Below are positions 1 through 13,020 of a stretch of 64,000 bases of DNA, piece by piece. Below the pieces are notes generated by a model that saw only the letters and a list, made by a program, of their open reading frames with translations, had not been told where the DNA came from and made no database searches. Positions within the stretch are counted from its first letter, which is position 1. Each line of letters opens with the position of its first letter. The stretch comes from Marsupella aquatica (lineage: Eukaryota > Plantae > Marchantiophyta): contig OZ316895.1 of NCBI GenBank assembly GCA_973895155.1, positions 1-64,000 of the forward strand, in the 5' to 3' direction. A program made the translations under genes and the position numbers.

Positions 1-1942
1 CAGCAGCTACTTCGTGTTGCTTGGAATTGAAATGCTGCTATTTCGCTTTCAGCTCTTTGTCGAGATGTTTGATCTTTGTTTTGCTCTGCTGCACCTCAGT
101 CGGAGCTTTCCCTACCGCAGCATTTGCATCATCTCGCTGGTCTGCCAGACTCTTTTGTTCAGCCCCACTAGCCTTCCCTGCTTGAATCCCCTGAACCAAA
201 CGAATTTCGACGAGCCACTGACTTTTCACCTGGACTCTGCTGAATGGACGAAATTTGAATCTTCAAAGTAAACCCTTCAGCTGGTGTACTGTTCTTAGAC
301 AAAAACATATTGCTATGAACATGCTAAAGTCAGCATCGATAGCAGATTATTACCAGTTTTATCAGTGTTGGCTCAATTCCTGTTTGCATCCTCAGAGTTC
401 AAATAACTACCTGATAATCTCGTTCAAGGTCTTCCAATGTCTTTGCCTGCTGCTCCACTTTCTCTTTCAGACCTGAAAATTCTTCCTCAGCTTGAAGTTC
501 AGCAGCAGTTTTGGCGGCGATGACACCATCCAAATCCTTTACATTTCTTTGCAGCTGATAGATAACAGCCAGCAAATTGAGGTGAGTAAACAGGGGTACC
601 TCCCATGATACGGCTCATGTACCAAAACCTGCCTGCTTTACAGTTTGGCGTCTGAGATTGGTTGCATACCTGCTCAGCGGTAGCTTTCTCGACGTCAAAA
701 GACTCTTGTTTTGCATTGACAGCAGAGTCGACCTTCACAAGAGCTTATCCACCGCATCAGACAAACTTCTCATGTCACTATTCATCTGCTTCTCTTTGGC
801 CTCAGTCAATGCAGCAACAGAAGCCTCGTTCTGGGCTATTTCTTCCTCTAATCTTACCGACGGCAGATAATTTAATAGCCTCAACCTTGTCTTGCATTTT
901 GGCCTCCTCACCCGAAGAAGCTTCCTTCAACCTCCAGCCTCCGAAAAATCGAAAGCAATGCAGAATCTGTCGAGACGATCCACCACTGCATTGCCGGAAG
1001 TCCACTGCTGGTACTGCGCTCGTTCTTTCCATAGCTTCTCGAGAGCTGGAAGGATGTTTTGACTCAAAAGGTTGTCAATTTCATCCACTTAATTTCGCCT
1101 GCTTTTTTTCCAGAGTCTTGAGAGCGTTCTCTTTTTTCGACTCGTACGTCTTAGTTCCAGCTGCCTCTTCTAGCATTGACAGAATCTCAGGCGGCTTCAT
1201 GTTGAGTACTTTCGTGATACGACCTTGCATGATGAGAAAGTGAGGATTGTTGATATTCAGCTGTACGGAGTGGAAGAGATTTTGGACCTGGGTGGGCTGC
1301 CTTACGTGGCCATTTATCCAGTACTTGTTCCGTCCACCAACGATAATCTACAGTATGACAAAAGACCATATAATCAGACAATGCCTGACCATGGAATACT
1401 GTGCGAATCGAAATGTTCTCATGTTCTGTCTGCCACTCATTGGATCCGGTATCTCTCTTGGCTATTGATCATCAAAATATTTATTCACGAGGTGTGGGGA
1501 GCATCGGAAGAAAAGACTGACTGTTTCCAGGCCAACAGAGACGGGTGTCTCGGCAAGAGGGCCAACTTAATATCGGAAATTGAATGAAATGAAGTTCAGA
1601 TAAATTCGTGAGGGGTAAACTTACCTGGCGAGTGACAGTAATCTCACTCGAGTCTTCATAGCCGATAGGACTTCGCTTACGGTTCGAATTGTCAAACAGA
1701 ATTGAAACTGTTGCTTTTGTAATTCCCGCCTGCCCTTGCTTGTAAACCAGCTCTTGCAAGTTGCTTGCCCTAACTTGCTGCAAATTCGTAATTCCCAGCA
1801 CGAAGCAAATAGAGTCCAAGATGTTCGACTTCCCTGATCCATTCAGCCCTGTTATTGCGTTGAATTGCTGATCAAAGCCGGAAACCACAGTCCTTTGAGC
1901 GTACGACTTGAATCCGTCCAAGGTTATCTCCTTCACATACAT
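1..1942 (-). pseudogene. SMC2: SMC2 (condensin subunit) 5' part, disrupted; runs off the left edge of the window
   Basis: Exon 1 (1942-1625) encodes [14 protein letters not shown]...GLNGSGKSN (Walker A)...ITVTRQ, then a GT-AG intron. Exon 2 from 1347 reads IIVGGRNKY...[33 protein letters not shown]. An extra TTAA at 1089-1092 shifts the frame (KQAK/VDEID), and further shifts follow in the coiled coil. Confidence 0.92.
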
Positions 1943-2792
1943 CGCGCCAGCGTCCCCTGGACGACGACAACCTCTGCGCCAGACACGGAGGTTTGATGGC
2001 CACCAACATCTCTACATGATCTAAGGACATCCCGGTGCCTATCCTCGCAAGCTCACAATCCTTGTAGAATTCACAATCTGCTAAGAATTACTTGTCGTAC
2101 TGGCTTCGGATTGCTCAATTGCTATAGTTGCTTCTCGGGGACTTGGTATCGAGCTTTGCGTAGCTACATGCTCACGAATCCGGTCATCCCTGTTAGGTTC
2201 GCGTTACCACTTTTACACGGCCTCTCGTCAAGTCCTTTGGGCACACAATTCCTAGTAAGGGCCCTACCTATATACGTATACTGGATGTTCTTCTGCGTTT
2301 CGACCTTACATTGCTGGGCAACTATACTTCTCACCTCTGAGCGCCCAAGGAAGCGGGACAGAATCTCTTTTTCAGCCCGGGATACTGTCCATCCTGGTTC
2401 AAGTCCTGCTCATTTCTTGCATGACGTCTCCTGCTGCCTGAGCTCCTTTTATTTCCCGTCACAATCTACATCAATTTTGTTGCCACTTGCTCGTTACTTG
2501 CTTGTTGCCACTTGTCGTCAATTCTTCGTTTTGTATGCACGACACTTCAGTTGCAAAGGGTTCTTTCTTGGAGGGCGATAAACAAGAGCACTCGCGCCAT
2601 AGTTTTTCAGAGGGCAATGTGCGGGTATGACGGTGGGTTGCTTTGGGGTTTGGATGGAAGATCTTCTCATACTTTTTCTTCTCAGAACTTGTAGTTTTGA
2701 TTCTCAAGTTTTGATGGCAAAGCTGGGATGATTCGTAAACGAGTCCAGCAGGAGGAATTTGATCCTGGAGAAGATACCGCTACTGCTATCAA

Positions 2793-3059
2793 ATTCAGAA
2801 CAAGAGTGTTATTACTTGGACCAGCATGATTGCGGGATACGCTAGGAGTGATCATGTTCAATCTGCACTCGACATTTTCAATCTAATGCGCCAAGAAGGC
2901 GTGAAGCCAAATGAGATCACGTATCTGAGCATCCTGAATGCATGTGGCAGCCCATTAGCTCTAACATGCGGAAAATAAATTCATGAGCATGTTCGACAGG
3001 TCGGCTTTGAATCATCCGTGCGTGTAGGGTCTGCTCTCGTACTGATGTACGCTAAATAG
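2793..3059 (+). pseudogene. PLS-class pentatricopeptide repeat (PPR) gene fragment
   Basis: Manual translation gives IQNKSVITWTSMIAGYAR...MRQEGVKPNEITYLSILNACG...GK*IHEHVRQVGFESSVRVGSALVLMYAK*, i.e. typical P and L motifs and the start of an S motif, with in-frame stops. Confidence 0.85.
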
Positions 3060-3390
3060 TTCGCATTTTGACCCGAAGCTGCCCTGACGAGATGTCAAGG
3101 TCTCTCTGGTTTGAGAGTCGAATGACGGATTGTGAATGAATGAGTTGACAAAGATCCACAAATGATTTTTGACCTGAAACGACTTCACCATCATGTGAGC
3201 CTTCCGAATCATAATGAAGTCCTTCCAAAACATCAAACACATTAGTCTTCAGGATGTCAAAGTGTTCCCTGAAGAGCTTCTTGGCTTCCTCTTCAAATTT
3301 AGTTGCTGCAAACTTCCGAGCGAGTTTGAGCATCTGCCGTACATTATCTACTCCTAATCGTCGGCAAAACTCAGTGTCGATGATTAATTA
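3052..3390 (-). pseudogene. possible C-terminal fragment of a BTB/POZ-type protein
   Basis: LIIDTEFCRRLGVDNVRQMLKLARKFAATKFEEEAKKLFREHF resembles the BACK-like helices that follow BTB domains. No BTB core was recognised. Confidence 0.35.
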
Positions 3391-3798
3391 TTTAGCATCT
3401 AGAACAAATTGGAAGGGATATCTAGTGAAGGCCGATCGCGATGTAGCAGTGATGACAAAACAACGTTGTAGGTCCTGTTTGGAGGCCAATTCAACGACGG
3501 TGGTTTGTATCAGCCCATCAAAAGTGGAATAATGATCAGCGGAGGTCAACTATTTTTGTAAATTTGTAGCGGGTCCTAGTACAGAACCATAGTACTGAAA
3601 GTTGCCCTTTCTTTTCCCGAGGGGACATTTATGGCAGGACGTGATTGTTTCTCACCTAGAGATAGCCGATGGCATCACAATCTCTCTGGTGCTCCAGCCA
3701 AGCACAGCTCCTTGTTCCCAGAGCTACTGTCCAGAGTGCTAACTTACGTAGTGGCAGTCCTAGTGTGAATCAAGCTTTATCAGGCCCCAATAAACCTG

Positions 3799-3912
3799 AC
3801 AGAGCGGCTACATACTGAGGCTTGATTCCAATCTTATCTGAGCATGCTTTGTCCCAGAGCGGCTACATACTGAGGCTTGATTCCAAGCTTATCTGAGCAT
3901 GCTTTGTCCCAG
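3799..3912. repeat. tandem duplication, 2 x ~56 bp
   Basis: cagagcggctacatactgaggcttgattccaa(t/g)cttatctgagcatgctttgtcc is present twice head to tail. Confidence 0.9.
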
Positions 3913-6900
3913 ATGGGAAGTCTGACCTCTGGGTCCCGCCCCGTAGCATCTGCTCGTCCCAGTTGTTTATCGAACTGTCCCCATCGCCCATTTGATCCCT
4001 AGGCTGTGTACAGCTGTAGCCCCTTTTCCTCCTTGCCCCCGCACTTCCGAATTGCAGCTTGAATGAATGTGCACTTTGTAGCCGACTGAGCAGCCAGGTG
4101 GATCAAATCAGCTTTAGTATTATGTCAGTCTTTTCCCTTTGGCCCAGTGTCCAAAGCTGCTGACATGGCTGTTCTAATCACATTGGCTTGCTACAACATT
4201 ACTCCGACAGCATCTACTCTTAGTGACCCAACAGCATCGCGATCCCTAACTACTCCGCCGAATTTTCCAAAGCTCAGCACAGTATTGACTTTACACGTGA
4301 CCTCTTAAGCAAACCATTCATTCCTGTAGACTCAAGCAAGCGATGCTCAGAGTCTCATCGCCTTTCGCAGATCATTGGGGGGCAACAGACCACCGGCAGC
4401 ACTTGAGAGATAGAATGCATGTCGACGCGGGAGCTCAATCACCACTGAACAGCCCCGCCTGGCATAAGGTTTCTTTACTCTAAGTACACACCAAACGCTC
4501 GTCCGCCGCAATGACATGAAAATCCCCCTCAAAACAAAATACATTGACGACATCACTGTTTTGAGAATACAAGGATTACAGCAGTGCAAATATTTCGTCC
4601 ACTAGGATCTCCACTTCTCCAGTCAATCAGTCCAAAGTAGGCGTTGAGATTCTCCGAATGATGAAACCTGTCCGGTAGAAGACTTTGGAACGCGCAACAC
4701 TGCAACATGACCGAGTCACGTCAACGGTGCCCACATCTTGCGAACAACTCACTTTTGCATATTGTGTCGAGTTGCAAACGAACAAACCGGGATGCTGCTG
4801 TCATCTCTCGCTCTCTAGTCCCCACGGCCGATGTCGTCATTCTTTCTTGTGAGATGTTTGGTTTTTTCATTTTCAATACCTTTGCGGACCCACTTGTTAG
4901 TGAGCACATGGGTCCTATGTTTTGCAGGGCCACAGGGATCCGTGTGTTTGAAGGTTGAGCGAATTAGTGAAGCGGCATATTGGGTTTAGGGTTGCATTCT
5001 CTGGCTCGTGGGGTCCCGCCTTCATTTCTTCATCGTTTTGCTTCTCGTTGGACTATCGCAGCTTGAGTTTTTCAACTGGGCTTGTTACCAGTCTTGTCGT
5101 TTGAGCTTCATCGAGGAGTCTCTAACATGTGTACTTGTCACTCGTCTGGTTAGATCGACTTTGTATCGACTGCTGCTGCCAACAGATCCTTGTGGTGTTC
5201 TCCCTTCTCTATTTCGAATGTATCTTCTCTCCATATATAGTTAGATCTGATCGGTAATTAGCTATTGCATCTCTCAATTATTTTGCACTTTATTAACTCA
5301 GGGTGCAAACATGGGATCATTAATTTGGCACTGCGAATGTGTTGGAATATATATATTGCGCGTTGTTTTATGGGAGAAAGGTGCGAAAATAGTCCCAGCT
5401 AGATAATACACTTGACCTCCCGTGCAAATCTGATATTCAGGCCTGTGTTAAGTGCATAATTTCTTTTCGCTTCTAAACACTATTTTCGGTGCTTCATTCG
5501 TGCAAAAGAGAAAAGTTTTTGTTGTGATTATGTTGTGCCTCCCCCTAGAGTCCTGTGGGCAGGATATATAGAGATGGATACTCCGAGCTTGTATAGGAGG
5601 AGAGATTGATGGACAATGGTTTAATTACCAAAGAGGCGATTTGATCGCATGCACAAGTATGCAGAGAATGATGTCATTGTCCCGGCAAAGTTTAAAGAGT
5701 TTCTGAACGCAGAGCAAGGTGAAACCGAGGTTGGGTGATGCCGAGAAGATCATCAATGAGCAGATGGCTCACTAGAATACGATATTGATGAAAGCAAAGC
5801 ACTCCTTCACATTGGATGCATTCCTCCAGTACCTTCTCGACCCGATTGTCAACATTGCTTACTTAAACAAGGTGAGACAAAACTAGACGCGTCAATTTTT
5901 CCGTTTCTCATGTCTCGAGTAAGGCACGAATTAGAGTGGAGCCAATCCAGTACTTCACAGTGAATTCTAGCACACTATTGTGGCTGCGGTAGTCGGAAGA
6001 TTGTATAAAGCTGTGAAGAGGGTCTATATATGGCGGATCTTTAGAGGTACGGATGGCTCATAGGCAGTTTTGTGACTTTCGTGGTCGGAAGCTGCCTTCA
6101 ATCTGTCCCTAGATAAGGCTGGGAAATTGGCATAGAGACCTTGCCATGTATGTTGTATGAGATTGTGGCCGTTTCAGCCAATTCTTTTGATGCTTCAATC
6201 AACCGAGTGGTTGTTGCACCTCACTGGTCACGTCAAGTGAACTACTGTACTAGCTACTGCGTTTATGTCCACTAAGGCCTCTGGTGGCTGGTCGAGTAGA
6301 ACTCCCACACCAATAATGAACCTGTTAGCCGAAGCCCGCCACAAAGTTGTTAGGGGATCGGGACCAAAAGGCTGAGGGCAGCGCCCTATTCTACCCAAAA
6401 CGCCACTTTTGGAACTTTTTTAAGTAGTACACATTGCGCCTGTTTTTTTCTCCACTTCCTGCTACAACTTTTTAGGTTTTGTGATTAGACTGCCTCGCCG
6501 CCATCAAAGCTTAACATTGGGCCTTGTAGACTGTTCGAGACTGCCAGCTGATTTCTCCAAAGGGTCGCCGCTATAGCTTCTCCAAGAGAACGAATGCCAC
6601 TGCAGCTTCCCCAGCAGAGGGTGGTCAAAAATCTGGATCACGTCCCATAGCCTGTCCACCTTGCTCCAAGCACTCATAGAGTCTTGAGTTTACGTTGTGT
6701 GCACATTGTGCTCCCCGTAAAATTTTGTCATTTCGCGCGCGCGGCAACTTGGACTTGGTTCCTCACAATCGCGCATGCGTGGAACTTGTGATTGCTCTGT
6801 TATAAAGACTTTCAACAAAGTTTAACTACAAAATCAATTACGTGTCCAAGTTCGTCTGTAACTGCGGGGCTATTGCCTTTACTTCCCACAATACCGTGAT

Positions 6901-7594
6901 CTCCTTGTTAATCTTAACAAGAGCATCTACACATCTCTTAGCATGTACCCAACTCTTAGCATCTACATAACTCTTAGCATCTACGCAAGTCTTCGTTTCC
7001 ATTGGCAACCATTTCCACTGTGCAACGACCTGCCGAGCAGTACCTCCAGGAATTTGGTATAACAATTGTAAGAGAAGGCCAGACATCATAGCCCCTTGAG
7101 TGTGCACCTCGGGATCTCCTGGGGGGACATCCATAGAAGGAGATCCTTCTTTCAATTGGAGAAGAGGGCGTTGAGTGCGGTTCTCGTTGATCCCTTCCCT
7201 TCACTGGGGCGAACGGATGAGGGTCTCTACGACAACTCAATGCAGTTCTAAAGATTGTCGACAACCCAACAATTGAAAGAGGAATAGAATCTTGATCTGT
7301 GGGAATGAGCCCGTCCTTCCAACTTCTTGACATGCCTGGCCAAAGAGCTTGATCGATTAACAGAGTCACTGGCCTGCTATATATCAAAACCTTTCATGGT
7401 AGTGATTGTCATTCAATCCAGGCATTCATCCAGAGCTAGAGACCTTGCAGTGGGCACTACTAGTACATAGTTGGACAGCTACAAGATACGGATGTTACAT
7501 GCTGTTGCTTGAGCATTTAGACAGTGTTTGGTCACTTTAGTCTCTAGAAGATATGAATGGTCTTGTTGCTCGCAGAAAATCTAGTCTCTACTTT

Positions 7595-7915
7595 AGATAG
7601 TGATAATACCTAGGTTAGCATGTTCTAAGTTCTTTGTAGTTATTGGCGGCTTGATCAGGAATTTTCGATAGTGATAATACCTAGGTTAGCATAATTTCTG
7701 AATCTTTGTAGTTATTCGGAACTCAGGAATGTTGGCTCAGTCTTTGGTCTTCAAATGGTATTTCTCTGGTTTTCTCCCCTTTTGTGTGTCTCATTTAGTT
7801 GAGATCCTCTGTCTCTTCTCCCCTCTTGTGTGTCTCATTTAGTTGAGATCCTGTATCAGCTTCTCCCCGTTTTGGGGGGTCATGTAATTGGGATCCTGTC
7901 CCTTCTCCCCTTTAT
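7595..7915. repeat. cluster of short degenerate direct repeats
   Basis: gatagtgataatacctaggttagcat occurs twice. ttctcccct.ttgtgtgtctcatttagttgagatcct occurs twice, with further degenerate copies. Confidence 0.7.
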
Positions 7916-8224
7916 TGGGTCTCATCCACAGATTTGGCTCATTTTGTTCTTTGGTAGAGTGATTCATTTCCATTTGGACCCTCATTAGATGTATGTAAGC
8001 TAACGGAACATATTAAACAAATGGGACCTGCCTGTGGGCAAAAACCTATTGGGACCACATGTGAACCTTGTCCTCTATCTAGTACCCATTGTTGCTTCTT
8101 TCTTGCAGTTATTTTTCATCATTTTGTTACTGATAACAATTAATAAATTGAGCTCAAAATAATTGATTTAATTAACCTTTGCTGTGTTTGCATTTCCTTT
8201 CTAAATCACTTAAGCTGAGGGTAA

Positions 8225-8245
8225 AGTTTAGGGTTTAGGGTTTAG
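8225..8245 (+). repeat. interstitial telomeric tract (TTTAGGG)n
   Basis: agtttagggtttagggtttag. Confidence 0.8.
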
Positions 8246-8613
8246 TTTATCTCTATAATTTGCTTTACTCCATTGTACTTTGTTTGGCCTTTTTCAGGAA
8301 ATTGGTCCTTAGTTTTCTTAAATGTACTTCTTCCTCGTTTTCTATTTTAGTAAGGTCTCAATGTGGGGAGAGTTTTGTAGATCAATGAACTTAGAAAGTT
8401 TGTCTCTGCTTTGGAGCAATGTCGGCTTAATTTACAGCAGGGGAGTGTGAGTTCTTTGACAGTACTGGTCTAAGTATCCTAAATGTTAGATTCCCCTCAA
8501 CAGACCCTACATGTGATCACACATTGAGACTTCACCCCTGGCTGCCTCTCACCAATATGTGCAACGTGCACTATATATATAAATTAACACACTTAGAATC
8601 AACTACTGTAGAA

Positions 8614-8633
8614 AGTTTAGGGTTTAGGGTTTA
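8614..8633 (+). repeat. interstitial telomeric tract (TTTAGGG)n
   Basis: agtttagggtttagggttta. Confidence 0.8.
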
Positions 8634-10984
8634 CTAATGATTTCTTATTAATTTCTTCTAGTGATGCCCATCTTGCAGTCTTATGTAAACTGTCAGTGAA
8701 ATAAGTGTCACTCCCCCTATAAAAGAGGGGAGTAAGCCCATTCCCTTCAATTATCTGAGCTTTGCCTAAATACACACATTGCACTCACCCATGGTGGAAT
8801 GTAAGTTTATGGCATTCAAAGTCCAAACTCCAGTTTGACTGCAACCAGCTAAATTGTAGGGTGGACTCCCTTGCCAATTAACTGCTGAACTTATTGTTGT
8901 TAGTTTAGCAAATGAGTAGCTAAACTATTCACTTAGTTTTCTCACTTTGATATCTTTTCCTCACTTTTACTCTTTCTCTCTCCTTGGTATGTTTTCTCAT
9001 GTCAACATCTTTTGTTCAACGCACGGGCATTGGTCTAGTTATAGATATGAATACTCCCTCAAATGCATAGCACAACAGAGTGCCCCAAAAGTGCAGAGAT
9101 TTTGGTACTCTGGAGCTAGTCTGGATCTAGATATATCCTAATAACAAGGAACTGGCACTCCAGCTTGCTTTGATGAAAAAAGTCACAATGCCATTACCTT
9201 CTTATAAATTTACCCTTGTACATTTTATGGTTCAGATTGTTGAACGATTCAAAGTGTAAGCTCATATGGGATCCCATCCGGGTCCCATGCATCTAATCAT
9301 TAAACTGTTAAACCCTTTCAAGGTATTATAAACACTTAATGAACACTCAACTATTATTTGATTCCTAACCATAACAATCTTTATGGTGCAACCTCTCGCC
9401 AAGTAATGAGTATCCACTGATTCCACCAGGCTACAAGTAGTCAATTCAGATTGGCGGCAGAAGAATAATCATTTTGCCTTGAGTAACTCTGAAGTGTGAT
9501 TCATTTATGCCTGGTTTGGCCTTGATTTGTCATCCGTCACACCTGGTCATCCCGCCCCTATCCTGACACCGTCCCAACCTCATCCCAACCCTATCCCAAC
9601 CCCACCCGGTCCCAACCACACCCCGTAGGGCAACACGTAAACTTGCCCGTTAACTCAAACCGGGCATTTATCCCACACAAAGATCATCCAACCCCAGGGG
9701 CAGGTGAATAATCATTATGCATGGAGTAACTCTGGAATGTGACTCATTTCTGCCAAGGGAAGATCATCCAAACCCAAGGGAATGCAGCACATTGAACATG
9801 GTCAGAACATTGAACTACACAAACAAGGAGGGAGCTCGACCTGTACTTGCTCTAGGTTGGTCTCCTAGTGGTGTTGGCTATGCTGATGAGGAAGAAGCCT
9901 GAAGCACTTGTTGCTGCAAGCTGCCTCTCTCCGGCCACAATTCCAGGATCCTGAAAATTAAGCTTCACACCCTGACTTGGGCGTATGCCCAGGTTGACAT
10001 TTTCCCTCCCTATCATTCTTATTGTTCGGAGAACATGATTGACAGTGAGTTTTGAAGTAAATTCTGGTGTATTATCCTTTTCCTTTTAATTAGTAGATAT
10101 TTAAAAAGCAGAAGGGTTTGCAGAATTTATCACAAAGGACATGGTTACATTTCATTATATTGAGTTTATGATGGTTTTATTACATTTTGCTTTGAACTTT
10201 TTATTGAATACTCCACGTTTCTCAGATTGCACAAGGGGATCTGGTTGTTGGGATGACTTTGTGAGTGCAAAATCTACTTCCTTTAGTAGTTGGGAAGCTA
10301 TCGGCCCTCTTTCACAAGATATTGCCTTACACGTCATTCAAAAGTAAGTTGGCTTCAAGCACTATTGTTGCCAATGATATGAAGCTCTACATGCACTTGG
10401 ACAAATGAGTTTCAGTTTCAGGTTTCTTGTCATTGTTTTTGGTCATCCTCAAGACACTAAATCCTTTTAGTGTTCTGTGCAGTGTCATTCATGCCAACAT
10501 TGTACAAATATTGAGGCGAGACCAAGGAAAGAACTGTACACTCCTTGGGACAAATCAATAGTAGATTTATGAAGGTGAGTACCTCAACATCAAAATTCCC
10601 CCTTTCTCCCCACCTACATGTTGAATTATTCATAAATCTAATGATAAAAATTACAACTTACGGCATTTCGGTACTCAGATCTGAAATGGTTCGTGTACTA
10701 TTTGACCGGAATTGTAATATTTACTGAATTGGAATTAGAATAAACAAATTCAGTGGATTTGTTTGCTATAGTGTGGGAAAATCTAAAAAAATTGAACACC
10801 ATAAAATTAAAGTTTACACTTTATTGGATTCTTTGTTATAAAAACATTCTTGAACTGTTTGTTAGAAAAGTTCTTAAACTAAAGTCCTCAAGGTTTTGAA
10901 GGACAGTATTTTTGAATGGCTATGATCACAGATCTCACCTTTTGGACGTGGTTACAATTATCCCTATTTTCATTGCTCCCCATG

Positions 10985-11472
10985 TGAATGAGGGTACTTT
11001 TATCTCCTGAGGGTACCCTTGTGCATGAGGGTACTCTTATCAGTGAGGGTACTCTTATCAATGTGGTACATTTATCAACGATGGTACTTAATTAGATCAA
11101 TGAGGGTACCCTTATCAATGAGGGTACTCTTATCTCCTGAGGGTACCCTTGTGCTTGAGGGTACTCTTATCAACGAGGGTACTCTTATCAGCGAGGGACT
11201 CTTATCAGCGAGGGTACTCTTATCAATGGGTACGCTTATCAACAATGGTACTTTGATCAGTGAGGGTACCCTTATCAATGAGGGTACTCTTATCTCCTGA
11301 GGGTACCCTTGCGTATGAGGGTACTCTTAAGTATCAATGAGGGTACACTTATCAACAATGGTACTTTGATAATGAGGGTACCCTTATCAGTGAGGGTACT
11401 CTTATCTCCTAAGGGTATCCTTGTGTTGGGCCTTGTCCATGAGGGTACTCTTATTAATGAGGGTACTTTTAT
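10985..11472. repeat. minisatellite array with core GAGGGTAC(T/C)CTTATC
   Basis: More than 20 variant units of about 16-19 bp. The homologous array is at 31665-32055. Confidence 0.9.
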
Positions 11473-12639
11473 TAGTCATAGCAAGCAACAAAGCGGGCAG
11501 GGACCCCATGAAGGCGCCCTGCGCCGGTAGAAGGACTCCAAACGTACTGAAAAGACCCTAAACCTCACCGGACCAGCATTTTGGGTATTGCAGGGACAAA
11601 TACCAGCCAAAGTACATGCCTGAATTTACCTGCTCTATATTGGTTCCCTAAACCAGAGGTGATTTTTTTCATCAAATCCATACATTGTATCCTAGTTTTT
11701 TTCGCACATGATGTACAAACCTACATAATGTGAAAGTGGGGGAGAAGAAAAACAGCAAAAACCAAAGCAAGCAAAAAAAAATTCAGCTTTTTCCAGGAAG
11801 AAAAAAAAACTTCACCGTCAGGGGGGAAGGAAAAAAAAACTCCAGCTTCAGGCGCTAGGGAAAAAAACTTGAGGAAGGGCAGGGAAGGAAAAACAATTTG
11901 AGCTTCAGGAAAGGGAAACTTTAAGATTTTAGACGATAGGAAAACTTCAGGTAAGAGTCAAATGTTTTTTTGTAGTATTTGTAAATTAGAGTCAGGAGTT
12001 TTGAACTATCTATTCTCTTCGGTGAATTTGTTTTGGCTACCTTGTTCTCTAGAAAGGCAAGCATTGTGCATCGGTTGAAGTGCAAAGAAGATAGGACGGT
12101 ATTTTCTTTCCTGGGTATCGATCAATAGACACGTTATTTAAATATGGGGTACCATTTATTCTAGTAAACAATTCTCTCATTACATTCAATATAAATGGAC
12201 CCTAAACTCCCCCTGCCCCATTCTGGTCTGGTCTAGTTTTACTCCTCGACACCTCCGTATCTATTTCATACTCAGATTATACATTTTCATTTTTACCATC
12301 AACCCTAGATTTTCAGAACCTAGAAGCGACGTGTGAGCCGCACTTCACACAAATCAAAATTTATTTTCCCCAGTCCCACATGACCTGCCAATTTTCCCTC
12401 ACACTGGACACTTACATCTAGATAAAAAAACACTACTCAAATGGATGGCTGTATGACATAACAAATGTGTTGTACAACACCTCATTTGTGGCCGAAAACT
12501 CATTTGTGGCCGAAGACTGTTGGTGTAACAAACAATCTTCCTACTTTACCTGACCTGCATGATTACATCATTTCGTCACGTTTATAGTCTTGTGTCCATG
12601 TATGTAAAACCCCACATTTTTACAGCCCAGCTTAGTACA

Positions 12640-13020
12640 TTCCTTAATACATTCATTTGTACTTTAATTATGATTATTAGATTACCCCGGCATTTGCTTC
12701 GTATCTATGTGTAGGATTACCCCAGCTTTGTATCCATGGGTGTGGCCAATTTCCAAACATTAACCTTACTAGTACTTTATTGATTATAAGATTACCCCGG
12801 CTTTTGTATTCATGTGTATGGCACAAATCCTAAACATTAATTAATGTATATTTATTGATGGATAAGATTACCCCAACTTTCGTATCCGTGTGTATGGCAC
12901 AATATCCTAAGATTAACTTGTCTAGTACATTGCTTTGTGATTGGATTACCCCGAGGTTCGGATGTATTCCTAACATTAACCTTAGTTGTACATTACTCGA
13001 TTATTAGATTACCCTAGCTT
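12640..13020. repeat. degenerate ~75-bp tandem repeats with core GATTACCCC
   Basis: Recurring gattacccc...gtat...tgtatggc...cattaa. A shorter version lies at about 33230-33495. Confidence 0.7.

Noticed and set aside
4982-4992. gggtttagggt as a repair filler
   Set aside because: It lies in UTR-like sequence and is adequately explained as an ordinary telo-box.
3900-6300. Exon-like stretches suggesting further gene relics
   Set aside because: Manual translation gave stop-ridden peptides with no family I could recognise, so they were not annotated.
6838-7387. ORFs of 105 and 137 aa including DAKS repeats
   Set aside because: The repeat derives from an 18-bp minisatellite and no domain is recognisable.
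9540-9625. C-rich tract with G-quadruplex potential on the minus strand
   Set aside because: It is a low-complexity cccaacc repeat with no supporting context.
10985-11472. CRISPR-like appearance of short repeats with variable gaps
   Set aside because: The gaps are 1-6 nt variants of the same unit rather than unique spacers. There are no cas genes and the context is eukaryotic.
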